Source: Candidatus Aenigmatarchaeota archaeon
Lineage (GTDB): Archaea; Aenigmatarchaeota; Aenigmatarchaeia; Aenigmatarchaeales; DAIDAN01
DNA length: 64,000 nt
NCBI GenBank assembly: GCA_049303335.1
Contig: JBAQNA010000022.1
Span: 1,135-65,134, forward strand
Direction of reading: 5' to 3'
Under the pieces are notes generated by a model that was given only the letters and a program-made list of their open reading frames with translations, was not told where the DNA came from and did no database searches. Positions 40,701 through 50,807 of this stretch are shown piece by piece. Every line of letters begins with the position of its first letter. Positions within the stretch are counted from its first letter, which is position 1. The position numbers and the translations under genes were made by a program.

Positions 40701-43184
40701 CTATCCCGGCATCTTTATCCCGACCAGCTTGCTCTCGCCGTTTTCCATTGAGACGCCGTAGACGCAGTCCGCCTGCTGGATTGTCAGGTCGTTGTGGCTT
40801 ATCATTATGAACTGCGCGCCTTCCGCGTATTTTTTCACAAGCTCCACGATTTTCCGCGAGTTGGGCTTGTCAAGCGCTGCGTCAACCTCGTCAAGAATGT
40901 AGAAAGGCGCTGGCCTGAAGCGCTGCACAGCGAAAAGGAACGCGAGCGCCACGAGCGTTTTTTCGCCGCCTGACATTGAGTCGATGTTCAGCAGCCTTTT
41001 TCCCGCGGGCGAAGCTTCTATCACAAGCCCGGAATCGAGGCTGTCCTCCTCGAGATGCAGGTCTGCCTCCCCGCCCGTCAAATCGTGGAACACGGTCTTG
41101 AATTGTTCCGAGACCGCGGCAAGAGTTTTCGAGAAAGTTTCCTTGCGCTTGCTTTCTATTTCAATCATTATGTAAAGAATCTTGTCCCTTTCCGCGGAAA
41201 GCTTGTCCACCCTTTCCTTCAGTTCGTTGTAGACCGCGCTCTGCTGCGCGAACTCCTCCACGGCCTTCATGTTTATGGGTCCCAACCTTTGTATCGCTGT
41301 AAACGTCTCCCGCAGCTTCGCCTCAAGAATCTCAATCTTTTCCTCCAGGATATTTTCTTTCTTGTAATTGTTGAACTCGAGCTTCAAATTGTCAAGCTCC
41401 GCCTCCAGCCTTGCCTTCTGGATTTTCAGCCTGTTGATGTCTGACTGTATGATGAGCCGCTTTTCATAAACCGCCTTCCTTTTTTCCCTTGTGCTTTGCA
41501 TTTCCTTTGAAAGCGATTCGCGCCGCTTCTCAATGTCCGAGAATTCCGTGCTTCCTTTTTCCTCCTCGTTTTGCAGGAGGCGAAGCTGTTTTTCCAATCC
41601 TGCAAGTCCTTCATCAATTTTTGCAGTCTCGTCTTCCAATACTTCTTTCTGCGTCTGGTATTTTTTCATCTCCCCTGCCTCGAAAAACGATTTCCTGTCC
41701 TTGTGATAGAAGCCGCCTATCATCGCGCCGCTTTTTTCCACGAGGTCGCCGTCAAGCGTCACATACCTTTTTCCGAAGCCCAGCTGCTTGGCGGTCTCAA
41801 TCCTGTCAACGATTACGGTGTCCCCGAAAATGAAAGAGAATGTGTTGGAATATTTTTGGTCAAAATCAACCAGATTAATTGCCAAGTCAATGACGCCGTC
41901 GCCTTTCGGCAATTCCCCAAATCTCGGCTTTATCTTGTCCAGCGGAAGGAAAGTCGCCCTGCCGATTTTGTTCTGCTTAAGGAATTTTATGCACTCCACA
42001 GCGATAGCGCTGTCCGCGACAACAATGTCGTGCAAATGCGCTCCTGCGGCAACTTCTATCGCAGTCTGGTATTCGGAAGAAACTTTTGAAAGGCTTGCAA
42101 TCGTTCCATAAACTCCGGTCCTTCCCATTCTCATTATCTCCTGCACGGGCCTGCTCGCTGATTGTTCCAAACTTCTTTGCTGCAGCATGTTCAGCTTCTC
42201 AATGATGTTGTTTATCCTTTCAATCTCAATCTTGTTGCTCTCGATCTTGTTTTTCTTCAGAAGTATTTCCGAGCGCAGCTTTTCCACTTCCTTTATTATC
42301 GAAATGTCTTTCGAGCGGTTGAACATCTTTTTTTCAAGCTCCCCCAATTCCTTTTCCTTTTCCGAGAGCCCGTTTTCCTCGCCCTGGAATTCCTTGTCCA
42401 ATTCGGCGGACGATGCTTCCTTTTCCTTTATTTTCCCGTCAAGAAGATTCATCGCGCTCTCGGCCTCGCTAAGCTTTTTGTGCGCCACTGACGCGCGAAA
42501 AACGTCAAGCTCCTTTGAAAGCTTTTGGTATTCTTCTGCGGCTTTGCTCTCCTGCTCAAGTTTTGATATCTGCGCTGCGCGCTCCGTCAGCACGATGGAC
42601 GACTCCTTCAGCCTGTTCTCGACCGTGAGAAGCTCGCGCTGCGCCTTCGTGCGCTTGTCGTCAAACTCCGCTATTCCGGAAATCTCGTCAATAATTTCTC
42701 GCCGCCCGAGCGGAGACATCTCTATTATTTCCGTCACGTTTCCCTGCAGGATTATGTTGTGTCCGTCCGGTTGGATGTTCGCGGCGTGCAGAACCTCGAG
42801 GATCTTTTCCCTTGTAACCGTGTGCCCGTTCAACTTGTAAATCGAGACGCCTTTCCTGTTTATTTTTCTTGAGACAACTATCTGCGCGTCCTCCATCGGG
42901 AATTTTTTGTCCGAGTTGTCAAAGAATATCGCGACCTTCGCGAACTCCGCGGCTTGCTTTCCCTTTCCGCCGTTGAAAATCACTTCAAGCATTTTGTCAG
43001 CGCGCAAACCCTTTGCGGAACTGCGTCCGAGAACGAAGCAGACCGCGTCAGCGGTGTTGCTCTTGCCGGAGCCGTTCGGCCCGCATATTGTGGAAAAATT
43101 GCTCGGGAAAGTCATCAGCGTCTTCTTCGCGAACGACTTGAATCCCTGCATCTCGATTTTGTCAATACGAACCATGATTACCAC
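40701..43184 (-). CDS. smc: chromosome segregation protein SMC (compact, 827 aa)
   Basis: Walker A GPNGSGKSN; hinge GVYGTIASL...ATFLPLDKI; signature LSGGEKTLVALAFLFAV; Walker B FYILDEVDAALD. The coiled-coil arms are shorter than in canonical 1150-aa SMC. Confidence 0.85.
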   Translation of the reverse strand: MVIMVRIDKIEMQGFKSFAKKTLMTFPSNFSTICGPNGSGKSNTADAVCFVLGRSSAKGLRADKMLEVIFNGGKGKQAAEFAKVAIFFDNSDKKFPMEDAQIVVSRKINRKGVSIYKLNGHTVTREKILEVLHAANIQPDGHNIILQGNVTEIIEMSPLGRREIIDEISGIAEFDDKRTKAQRELLTVENRLKESSIVLTERAAQISKLEQESKAAEEYQKLSKELDVFRASVAHKKLSEAESAMNLLDGKIKEKEASSAELDKEFQGEENGLSEKEKELGELEKKMFNRSKDISIIKEVEKLRSEILLKKNKIESNKIEIERINNIIEKLNMLQQRSLEQSASRPVQEIMRMGRTGVYGTIASLSKVSSEYQTAIEVAAGAHLHDIVVADSAIAVECIKFLKQNKIGRATFLPLDKIKPRFGELPKGDGVIDLAINLVDFDQKYSNTFSFIFGDTVIVDRIETAKQLGFGKRYVTLDGDLVEKSGAMIGGFYHKDRKSFFEAGEMKKYQTQKEVLEDETAKIDEGLAGLEKQLRLLQNEEEKGSTEFSDIEKRRESLSKEMQSTREKRKAVYEKRLIIQSDINRLKIQKARLEAELDNLKLEFNNYKKENILEEKIEILEAKLRETFTAIQRLGPINMKAVEEFAQQSAVYNELKERVDKLSAERDKILYIMIEIESKRKETFSKTLAAVSEQFKTVFHDLTGGEADLHLEEDSLDSGLVIEASPAGKRLLNIDSMSGGEKTLVALAFLFAVQRFRPAPFYILDEVDAALDKPNSRKIVELVKKYAEGAQFIMISHNDLTIQQADCVYGVSMENGESKLVGIKMPG

Positions 43185-43250
43185 TGGAATATTGTTTCCG
43201 GACTATAATAAATCCGATACAGAAATAATATTGCAGTTTATCTCTTTTAA

Positions 43251-43808
43251 GTGTTTTTTGTAAAAGCTAAAAATCCCCGTCAAAAAGCATTTAAGCCTGA
43301 AATTTTATCTTGTTCTATGGTTAACAGCGAGTCCGTGTCGGGATGGACCATAATAAACTCCACGATGGTTGCGGTTTCTTTGACGCTGCTAGTTCTTGTT
43401 ATCGGCTTGATTGACAGGGTGCCGAAAATATCGCTGTATCTTATGCTTCCGAGTTTCGTCATGTTCTTGAACGCGATTTTTGCGAACAATAAAATTCTTG
43501 AGAAGATTTCGGACAAAAAGCACGCGCAGAAATGGGACGATTTCGCAACCGCCTGCTTTGACGCTGGACTGACTTTCCTGATTTCCGCGTTCGCGGTCTT
43601 GAGCTACAAGGTCGTGGACATAGTCTCCGCCGCGATATTCCTCGCGTTCGTCTGGGGCGTCGCGATAGCCTTCAACGTCTACAACGGCATGAGGGGAAAA
43701 TACCTCCTGAAAAGGTTCTCGAGAAACCACATCATCGTCTGGTTCGCGATAGAATTCTTTTTCTTGCTGCTCATTCTGGCGGACTATTTCGGGATGGCGG
43801 TACTTTAG
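43251..43808 (+). CDS. hypothetical membrane protein
   Basis: 4-5 TM helices; no motifs. Confidence 0.35.
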   Translation: MFFVKAKNPRQKAFKPEILSCSMVNSESVSGWTIINSTMVAVSLTLLVLVIGLIDRVPKISLYLMLPSFVMFLNAIFANNKILEKISDKKHAQKWDDFATACFDAGLTFLISAFAVLSYKVVDIVSAAIFLAFVWGVAIAFNVYNGMRGKYLLKRFSRNHIIVWFAIEFFFLLLILADYFGMAVL

Positions 43809-43874
43809 GGAAGCCAACGTTCGCAGGGTGAAATCTTTATATTTGGTTCTGACAAAACTTCAGAATAAGAAGAG

Positions 43875-44102
43875 GTGTGCTTTTTGGCGGACTTGATTTC
43901 ATTGATTGCGGGGCTTGACCAGTATGCCTTGGCAGCGCTTGCCGTTTCCGTCCTTTTGAGAGGGCTTCTTTTGCTTGTTTTTCCGAAACATACTGCTGAC
44001 ATAGCTGTAAAACTTGCTAAAATGAAAACCGGGAAAATGAGAATCCTGGGACTCGTCAGCGCGACAATCGGCATCATCGCGCTTTACATCGCGGCGGCGT
44101 GA
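43875..44102 (+). CDS. small hypothetical membrane protein
   Basis: 75 aa, two TM helices. Confidence 0.3.
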   Translation: MCFLADLISLIAGLDQYALAALAVSVLLRGLLLLVFPKHTADIAVKLAKMKTGKMRILGLVSATIGIIALYIAAA

Positions 44103-44242
44103 AGGGAAAGAAGCGCCGCTTTTTTTAAAACGTATTCCGCAGTTGTTTTATTTTCCGAACTTTCTTGGCTGCTTGCAAAACATACAAGCATTTCACATGT
44201 TCAAGAATCATTCTTAAATACTTCTGCTGAAAAGTTAGTTTT

Positions 44243-45949
44243 ATGAGAATCGCGATAATCGATTACGAGAAGTGCAAGCCGGAGTCGTGCGGAAAGGAGT
44301 GCGAAAGCTTTTGCCCGCGCGTGCGCGCAGGCGACGAGACCGTAAAATTCGGGGAAAACGGAAAGCCTGTCATCGACGAGGGAAGCTGCATAGGCTGCGG
44401 CATCTGCGTGAAAAAGTGCCCGCGCGACGCGATAAAAATCGTCAACACCCCGGAACAGCTGAACGAGCAGCCCCTGTACAGGTTCGGGAAAAACAGCTTC
44501 GCGCTGTTTAGATTGCCGTTTCCCGTGAAAGGCGAAGTCGTTGGCTTGCTCGGTCAGAACGGTCTCGGAAAAACTTCTGCGCTGAAGATTCTCACGGGCG
44601 ACATAAAGCTCGTGCAAACTCACGAGAGCCTTGCGAGAATGTTCCGCGGAACCGAGCTTCAGGAATATCTGGAGAAAATGTTCTTGAAAAAGCTGAAAAC
44701 CGTGCTGAAACCGCAGATGCTTTTCTCGAACAGCAAGAGCATTGTCTCGGATGTCCTGCAGAAAAGCGACGAGCGGGGAATGATGAAAGAAATAGTCGGC
44801 GCGCTCGAGCTGCAAAGCTTTCTGGACAGGAAAATAGAAAACCTTTCCGGCGGGGAATTGCAAAGGCTCGCCATAGCGTCTGCCGCGCTGCGCAAAGCGG
44901 ACGTGTACTATTTTGACGAGCCCTCGTCTTTTCTTGACGCGAGGCAGAGGATTAACGCTGCGAAAATAATTCGCTCGCTCGCGAAGGATGCAGCTGTTAT
45001 GGTCGTCGAGCACGACTTGGCATCGCTCGATTTTTTGGCTGACAAGATTCACATATTCTACGGCGAACCCGGCTGCTATGGAATCGTGTCGAAGCCTTAC
45101 GGCGTGAGAGTGGGGATAAACGCGTTTCTTGACGGCTTTATCCGCGAGGACAACGTGAGGATTCACGAGCCCGTTGATTTCTCGTTCACGAAAAACGTGG
45201 AGCAGACCGAAAGATATCTTGAGTTCGGAGAATTGAAAAAGAAGCTTGACGGATTCTCGCTGATTGTGGAAGGCGGTGAAATAAGGAAAAAGGAGATTAT
45301 CGGGATATTCGGCGCGAACGGCTTGGGAAAGACCACCTTCGCGAGAATTCTTGCTGGAGAAATAAAACCTGACGCGGGGGAAGTTGAAGGAATAAGCATC
45401 TCATATAAACCGCAATACCTTTCTTCAGAATTTGACGGAACCGTTCTTGAACTCTTGGAATCAACAGTCCGCCTGTCTGATGATTTCAAATCCGCTGTTC
45501 TGCGCCCGCTCGGCATTGACGGGCTTTTCGAGAACAGCGTGAAAAACCTTTCCGGCGGCGAAATGCAGAGGCTCGCGATAGCGCTCTGCCTCGGGAAGGA
45601 AGCCGACCTTTACCTGCTGGACGAGCCTTCCGCCTATCTTGACTCGATGCAGAGAATGGTAGCCGCGAAAATCATCAGGAGAATTGCGGAGAAAAGCGCC
45701 GCGGTCGTGATTGACCACGATTTGCTTTTCCTGAACTACATTTCCGACAGGGCAATGCTTTTCACGGGCGAATCGGGAAAGTCCGGCTTTGCAAAGCAGT
45801 GCAATCTCGCCGACGGAATGAACGAGTTCCTGAAAACGCTTGACATAACTTTCAGGAAGGAGAAGGAAACGGGCAGGCCTCGCGCAAACAAGCCGGGCTC
45901 GCAGAAGGATGAGGAGCAGAAGGCGAAGGGAAATTATTTTCTGGGCTGA
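44243..45949 (+). CDS. abcE1: ribosome recycling ATPase ABCE1 (RNase L inhibitor homolog)
   Basis: N-terminal FeS domain (CKPESCGKECESFCP...CIGCGICVKKCP) plus two ABC cassettes (GQNGLGKTS and GANGLGKTT; two LSGGE signatures). Confidence 0.9.
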   Translation: MRIAIIDYEKCKPESCGKECESFCPRVRAGDETVKFGENGKPVIDEGSCIGCGICVKKCPRDAIKIVNTPEQLNEQPLYRFGKNSFALFRLPFPVKGEVVGLLGQNGLGKTSALKILTGDIKLVQTHESLARMFRGTELQEYLEKMFLKKLKTVLKPQMLFSNSKSIVSDVLQKSDERGMMKEIVGALELQSFLDRKIENLSGGELQRLAIASAALRKADVYYFDEPSSFLDARQRINAAKIIRSLAKDAAVMVVEHDLASLDFLADKIHIFYGEPGCYGIVSKPYGVRVGINAFLDGFIREDNVRIHEPVDFSFTKNVEQTERYLEFGELKKKLDGFSLIVEGGEIRKKEIIGIFGANGLGKTTFARILAGEIKPDAGEVEGISISYKPQYLSSEFDGTVLELLESTVRLSDDFKSAVLRPLGIDGLFENSVKNLSGGEMQRLAIALCLGKEADLYLLDEPSAYLDSMQRMVAAKIIRRIAEKSAAVVIDHDLLFLNYISDRAMLFTGESGKSGFAKQCNLADGMNEFLKTLDITFRKEKETGRPRANKPGSQKDEEQKAKGNYFLG

Positions 45950-46227
45950 ATAATTTTGTAAAGATTTTCGAGGCTCTGTTTTTCCAATTCGAATCTTCCT
46001 GTTCCGACTTGAGAGCTGATGCGGTTGGAACAGTAATGCCTGCCACCGCGCATGTAACAATGAAACCAGTTCAATTTCAATTCTTTCAGACCTTCCGAAA
46101 TGTATTGGTCTGAAAACTCTATGAAAAAGTCATTATCGATGCTTTTAAAAACTGTTGCATATTTTTTCATTAAGCCGCAATCTACCAAGAAATACTTCTT
46201 TCTAATGCTCAAAATTGCAGATTTCAT
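45934..46227 (-). CDS. hypothetical small protein (low GC), convergent with and overlapping the abcE1 3' end
   Basis: 97 aa; HCYMRGGRHYC Cys/His cluster; low GC. Confidence 0.25.
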   Translation of the reverse strand: MKSAILSIRKKYFLVDCGLMKKYATVFKSIDNDFFIEFSDQYISEGLKELKLNWFHCYMRGGRHYCSNRISSQVGTGRFELEKQSLENLYKIIQPRK

Positions 46228-46272
46228 AATATCACATATTTATTAACAACCGCAAAGCATTTATTTGTTCGC

Positions 46273-46644
46273 ATGCAGAGTAAAGGAGGCGCTAATATGG
46301 ACACAATCAAAAAACCCGCGGATAACAGGCAAACCATGATGAAGAAGCGGCTTCCCGCGAAGGAAAAGCTCGTCTCTGAAATCCGGCAGAACGACATACG
46401 GGTGCGGATTCTCGGGACAGTAATAGACAAGAGCGAGGGTGCGATAGTGCTTGACGACGGCTCGGGAAGGCTTGAAGTGGTGACCGAAGGGCAGGCTCCG
46501 GAGATGGGAAAGATGGTGAGAGTTATAACGAGAATTCTGCCAATGACCGGCGGGTTCGAGGCGCGGGCGGAGTGCGTGCAGGACATGACCGGCTTTGACG
46601 TGGAGCTTTACAGGCGCGCGCGGGACGTTGCGAACAGGGTTTGA
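46273..46644 (+). CDS. OB-fold nucleic-acid-binding protein
   Basis: IRVRILGTVIDKSEGAIVLDDGSGRLEVV is a classic OB-fold anticodon-binding/RPA-like strand pattern. Confidence 0.45.
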   Translation: MQSKGGANMDTIKKPADNRQTMMKKRLPAKEKLVSEIRQNDIRVRILGTVIDKSEGAIVLDDGSGRLEVVTEGQAPEMGKMVRVITRILPMTGGFEARAECVQDMTGFDVELYRRARDVANRV

Positions 46645-46845
46645 GGCGATTTAATGGGCAAAATAGAAAGACTGTTTTTCAGACCTGGTGGATGGTATTC
46701 TCCCAAACAGGCAGTTGCTTATTATTTTTTTAAGCAATTTGAGGATTATTTACTGAAAAACGCTGACGGGAAAACAAAATCATCTTGATTTTAAATACTT
46801 GAGCGTGCAAAAAGACAAAGACGAGAAAACACAAGACGGGATTCT

Positions 46846-47079
46846 ATGTCATATATGTTTGAAGTATTGGAAAAAATACGGATGCAGATATATCCTACTG
46901 GAACAAACGCTTCTAAAACAGTTTATAATAAAGGCAAACCTGAAGAAAAACCGTTTGCATCAATAGAAGGAAGAACAAGGAAAGAAATAGTCGATGATGC
47001 GATTGAAGCTATAAAAAAATACGGCTTAATCGAGATAGGGGTTGGAGCGATGGTAAAAAATATTAGCGCTGGAGATTAA
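46846..47079 (+). CDS. hypothetical small protein
   Basis: 77 aa, low GC, no motif. Confidence 0.25.
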   Translation: MSYMFEVLEKIRMQIYPTGTNASKTVYNKGKPEEKPFASIEGRTRKEIVDDAIEAIKKYGLIEIGVGAMVKNISAGD

Positions 47080-47124
47080 GAATTAATGATTAATAATTAT
47101 TAAAATTCCTAAAAAGGTGGTTTT

Positions 47125-47871
47125 ATGTTCAATGCGGAGCTTTCGGATGCAAAGGTTTTGAGGGACAGCATAGACGCGATTTCGCAGATTATCGACGAGG
47201 GAAGCTTCAAGCTAAAGAAGGACGGCATCGAGCTGCTCGCGACTGACAGGGCGATGGTCGCCGCGGTGAATTTCCGCCTCGCATCGTCGGCATTTAACAA
47301 GTACGAGTGCGACAAGGAAACGTCGATAGGACTGAACCTCTCGAACTTTTTGATGGTTCTGAAGCGCGCTTCCGGCTCGGTGGGAATGAAGCTGAACGAG
47401 GACGCGAGCAAGCTCGAGCTGACGGTAACGGGCGACTCCGTGAGAAACTTTTCAATACCGCTTTTAACGCTTTCTTCGGATGATATCCCGCCGATAACGC
47501 AGCTGGAGTTTCCCGCGTCGGCGGAAATAAAGTCCGCAATACTGGAGGACGGCATAGCGGACGCTGACATAATCGCGGACTCGATTGTCATAGAGATGAG
47601 CGCGAACGGCCTGCAGATGCGCGCAGAGGGCGACTCGTCGAAGACTGACTTGAACGTCGAGAAGGGCAATGAATCGCTGATAAGCATTGACGCGAAAGAC
47701 ACGGTGAAAGCGAGATATCCGCTCGACTACCTGAAGAAGTTCATCAAGGCTGCGAAAATCGCGGACACGGCGAAAATCCAGTTCGGGAACGACTTCCCGA
47801 TGAAGCTCGAGCTGAAAGGCGGCGACGTCTATCTCGCGATGGTTCTGGCGCCGAGAGTCGAGGAGGCGTGA
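47125..47871 (+). CDS. pcn: DNA polymerase sliding clamp PCNA
   Basis: 248 aa; two-domain beta-clamp pattern and an acidic C-terminus; resembles archaeal PCNA along its length. Confidence 0.85.
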   Translation: MFNAELSDAKVLRDSIDAISQIIDEGSFKLKKDGIELLATDRAMVAAVNFRLASSAFNKYECDKETSIGLNLSNFLMVLKRASGSVGMKLNEDASKLELTVTGDSVRNFSIPLLTLSSDDIPPITQLEFPASAEIKSAILEDGIADADIIADSIVIEMSANGLQMRAEGDSSKTDLNVEKGNESLISIDAKDTVKARYPLDYLKKFIKAAKIADTAKIQFGNDFPMKLELKGGDVYLAMVLAPRVEEA

Positions 47872-47911
47872 AAAGCGGGCGATAATATGTAAATAATAAG
47901 GGTGATAAAAA

Positions 47912-48088
47912 ATGGCAAAGGTTGATGTAGGTTTGTATGTTGTTATGGCTATTCTTGGTATAGGATTTATTTTATCACTTCAAGAAACATTGAAAAATCC
48001 TACACAGATAAACTTGTATATTACGGCAGGAACGTTTGTTGGTACAGCAATTCTTGTAGCTATTGCAATAATAAAAGGTAAAAGATAA
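47912..48088 (+). CDS. small membrane protein (58 aa)
   Basis: MAKVDVGLYVVMAILGIGFILSL...; two TM helices; below the ORF-track cut-off. Confidence 0.25.
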   Translation: MAKVDVGLYVVMAILGIGFILSLQETLKNPTQINLYITAGTFVGTAILVAIAIIKGKR

Positions 48089-48128
48089 TCAACCTCAAGA
48101 AACACTGAAGAGCCACAGAATTGTTTTT

Positions 48129-49358
48129 TCACTCGGCTTTTCCTTCCAAAAGCTCTTCAACCGTCCTTAAAATGATTTCCAAACCGTCCTGATTTTTCAC
48201 TCTCGCAACTTCTTCGCGAGCGCCTTTTCCAAAAGAATATGCTGCGATATATCCCTTCTTCTTTTTTATCCTTCGCATCGCGGTCTCGAAATTATCCACA
48301 ACATTCCTCCCCACGCCTTCGCTTTGCTTGACTTGAATCGGATAGCCTCCTAAAAGCTGCGGCGTAAAGCCGTCTATTCCCATATCCCCGCTTTTCTTGT
48401 CGCTTACCCTGCCTAAAAATTTGCCTGCTACAACCCAGTTCTGGAACTCGAAAGGCGGAAGGCGTTTTACATAATTCAAATCAACATTTCCTCTTATCAG
48501 GTTTGCATCCATATTACATTCTCTCTGCAATCTTTTTTTGATTAGTTTGCAGGCTGTGGGACTTATGTCTATGCCAATCCATTTTCTTCCAAATTTTTGC
48601 GCTGAAATTATTGTAGTTCCGCAGCCGCAGAACGGGTCTAAAACAATATCGCCATCGTTGCTTGCCGCTTTGATAATTCTCTCAAGAAGCGTTAGCGGTT
48701 TTTGAGTAGGGTAGCCTGTTCTCTCTCTTGCCGCAGGATTTATTGCCTGAATGTCCGTCCACCAATCATTAGGCAGAGTCCCTTTGTCCAAATAGTAGCG
48801 ATATTCTTTTCCGAGCTTGATATTTCTCTGATATTGCCTGCCTTTTTCATCGGTAAGAATTGTTTCATGCATTGTGGAAGGGTCTCTTGGCAGAGCAACA
48901 GCATTATAATAAAAATTATATTTTTCCGTTTTGGAATACCAAAAAATAGTGTCATGTTTCTTTGGAAAAAAACCGGTTGCCCTTCCGCCTGTTTCATAAC
49001 ACCAAATTATCTCATTTACAAGATTATTATTGAATATTTTATCCAACAAAATCCGAAGGTGCGCGTTAGCGTGCCAGTCACAGTGCAAAAATAATGAGCC
49101 TGTTTTTTTCAATATTCTATGGCATTCCCTCAAGCGCGGCTCCATCCATGAGATATAATGCTCAACCCCGCCTTTCCATCTGTCCTGAAAAGCGCGAATC
49201 TCTGCGCCATCTTTCCATATCACTTCATATTGTCTATTTGAGAAAAACGGAGGGTCCGCGTAAATCAGGTCTATGCTTTCGTCGGGAAACTTGCTCATAA
49301 TTTCCAGATTATCGCCTTCGTAAATGCTGTTTATTTCCATAAAATCACTGCAAAACAA
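48129..49358 (-). CDS. DNA methyltransferase (beta-class N6A/N4C, DPPF motif) fused to a C-terminal Mrr-like PD-(D/E)xK nuclease domain
   Basis: Motif IV IYADPPFF is followed by motif I DPFCGCGTT (beta-class order). The C-terminus GDMGIDGF...IQVKQSEG fits Mrr_cat D...(D/E)xK. Confidence 0.7.
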   Translation of the reverse strand: MFCSDFMEINSIYEGDNLEIMSKFPDESIDLIYADPPFFSNRQYEVIWKDGAEIRAFQDRWKGGVEHYISWMEPRLRECHRILKKTGSLFLHCDWHANAHLRILLDKIFNNNLVNEIIWCYETGGRATGFFPKKHDTIFWYSKTEKYNFYYNAVALPRDPSTMHETILTDEKGRQYQRNIKLGKEYRYYLDKGTLPNDWWTDIQAINPAARERTGYPTQKPLTLLERIIKAASNDGDIVLDPFCGCGTTIISAQKFGRKWIGIDISPTACKLIKKRLQRECNMDANLIRGNVDLNYVKRLPPFEFQNWVVAGKFLGRVSDKKSGDMGIDGFTPQLLGGYPIQVKQSEGVGRNVVDNFETAMRRIKKKKGYIAAYSFGKGAREEVARVKNQDGLEIILRTVEELLEGKAE

Positions 49359-49466
49359 TTAATAATACCTATTTAATATAGCTGATGCTGGTTTAAATAT
49401 TTTTAAGACTGCCTGCTGAAAATCAGAAACGCAGTTGTTTTTAAGTTTTAAAATCATATTATTCTT

Positions 49467-50807
49467 ATGTTCAAGTTCCAGATTCTCAAGTATTACTCGC
49501 AGCCGTTCGTCCAGCAAAAAATATCCGAGTTCTCGAAAGGGCGCGAAGTTGTCGGCAGGCTGGAGGACGACCGCTATGCGCGGCGCCCCGACGTGATTCT
49601 TTATCCGCGCGACGTTTCCGAAAAGGTGAAGCAGGGCGCGGTAAGCTTCCACTGCTCGGTCGAGCGGTGGCACAACCCCATGCAGCTTTCCTCCGAGATG
49701 CGCGAGCCGGAAATGCGCGAGCTGCGCAGCGGCTGGGATTTCATAATCGACATCGACGCGAAGGCGAAGCTGGAGCACGCGAGGATTGCGGCGCAATCAG
49801 TCATTTCTTTTCTGAAGGATTTTGGAATAACACCAACGATAAAGTTCTCGGGAAGGCGCGGTTTTCATATCGGAGTGTCCGGCGAAGCGTTCCCGAAAAA
49901 AATGGATTTCTTGGAAGTGTCAAAATCCTATCCGGAGGCTCCGCGCGCGATGGCCGGCTTTATCAGGGAAAAGATTTCCGACAGGCTTATGGATTCCTTG
50001 GTAGGAATGGAGGGCGGCGTTGCCGCGCTGATGAAGACCGCGGACGCAAAGACGCTCTCGCCTTACGAGTTCATTGACATAGAAAAGGAATGGGGAAACC
50101 GCCACCTCTTCAGGATGCCGTATTCGCTGCACGAGAAGACCTGGCTCGCTTCGGTGCCGCTTTCGGAAAAACAGCTGAAAACTTTCGAGCCCTCGCAGGC
50201 AAAGCCGGAGAGCATAAAAAAATTCGACTCCGTATTCTTGAAAAACAAGGAAGGTGAAGCATCCGAGCTTCTGATGCAGGCGCTCGAATGGCAGTCAAAA
50301 ACGGTTCAGCCTGCATTGGTTCAGAAAAATGACAGGAAGCATTCCGAAATAAAGGCCGAGATTCCGGAGCAGTTTTTCCCGCCCTGCGTAAAAAATATTC
50401 TGGCGGGAATAGGCGACGGGAGGAAGCGCTCCGTTTTCACGCTGTCCGCGTTCCTGAAATACATGAACTGGACGCCGGAGCACATCGAGAAACGCGTGGA
50501 GGAATGGAACGGAAAAAACCCGTCTTCGATAAGCAACGCGACCATAAGGAGCCAGCTCAAGTGGCACCTGCGCCAGAACAGAAAAATATTCCCCGCGAAC
50601 TGCGACAGCGATTTGTTCTACAAGTCCATAGGCGTGTGCAATCCGGACAACACGTGCCATGGACTGAAGAACCCGATTAATTACGCGTTCCGAATGTATA
50701 GAAAACAGTTCAAGACAGCCGACATCGCGATAAAGAAGGACAGGAAAGTATTAAGGAGAGTCAGAAAGAAAAAAGAAGATAAAACTAATCAAATAACCCA
50801 GTCTTGA
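49467..50807 (+). CDS. fused DNA primase PriS-PriL (small catalytic subunit plus large-subunit Fe-S domain in one polypeptide)
   Basis: AEP motifs WDFIIDIDAK and KFSGRRGFHIG, with RMPYSLHEKT. The C-terminal domain carries the PriL-CTD motif FFPPCVKNIL...RKRSVFTLSAFL and downstream Cys residues CDSD...C...C. Confidence 0.7.
   Translation: MFKFQILKYYSQPFVQQKISEFSKGREVVGRLEDDRYARRPDVILYPRDVSEKVKQGAVSFHCSVERWHNPMQLSSEMREPEMRELRSGWDFIIDIDAKAKLEHARIAAQSVISFLKDFGITPTIKFSGRRGFHIGVSGEAFPKKMDFLEVSKSYPEAPRAMAGFIREKISDRLMDSLVGMEGGVAALMKTADAKTLSPYEFIDIEKEWGNRHLFRMPYSLHEKTWLASVPLSEKQLKTFEPSQAKPESIKKFDSVFLKNKEGEASELLMQALEWQSKTVQPALVQKNDRKHSEIKAEIPEQFFPPCVKNILAGIGDGRKRSVFTLSAFLKYMNWTPEHIEKRVEEWNGKNPSSISNATIRSQLKWHLRQNRKIFPANCDSDLFYKSIGVCNPDNTCHGLKNPINYAFRMYRKQFKTADIAIKKDRKVLRRVRKKKEDKTNQITQS

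Noticed and set aside
40984-43263. Several plus-strand ORFs (up to 217 aa) inside smc
   Set aside because: Antisense of a conserved SMC gene; Ser/Phe/Leu low complexity.
44201-45166. 321-aa minus-strand ORF opposite abcE1, plus 44263..44448, 44659..44895 and 45163..46060
   Set aside because: They are antisense to a highly conserved ABCE1 CDS; Arg/His-rich junk composition.
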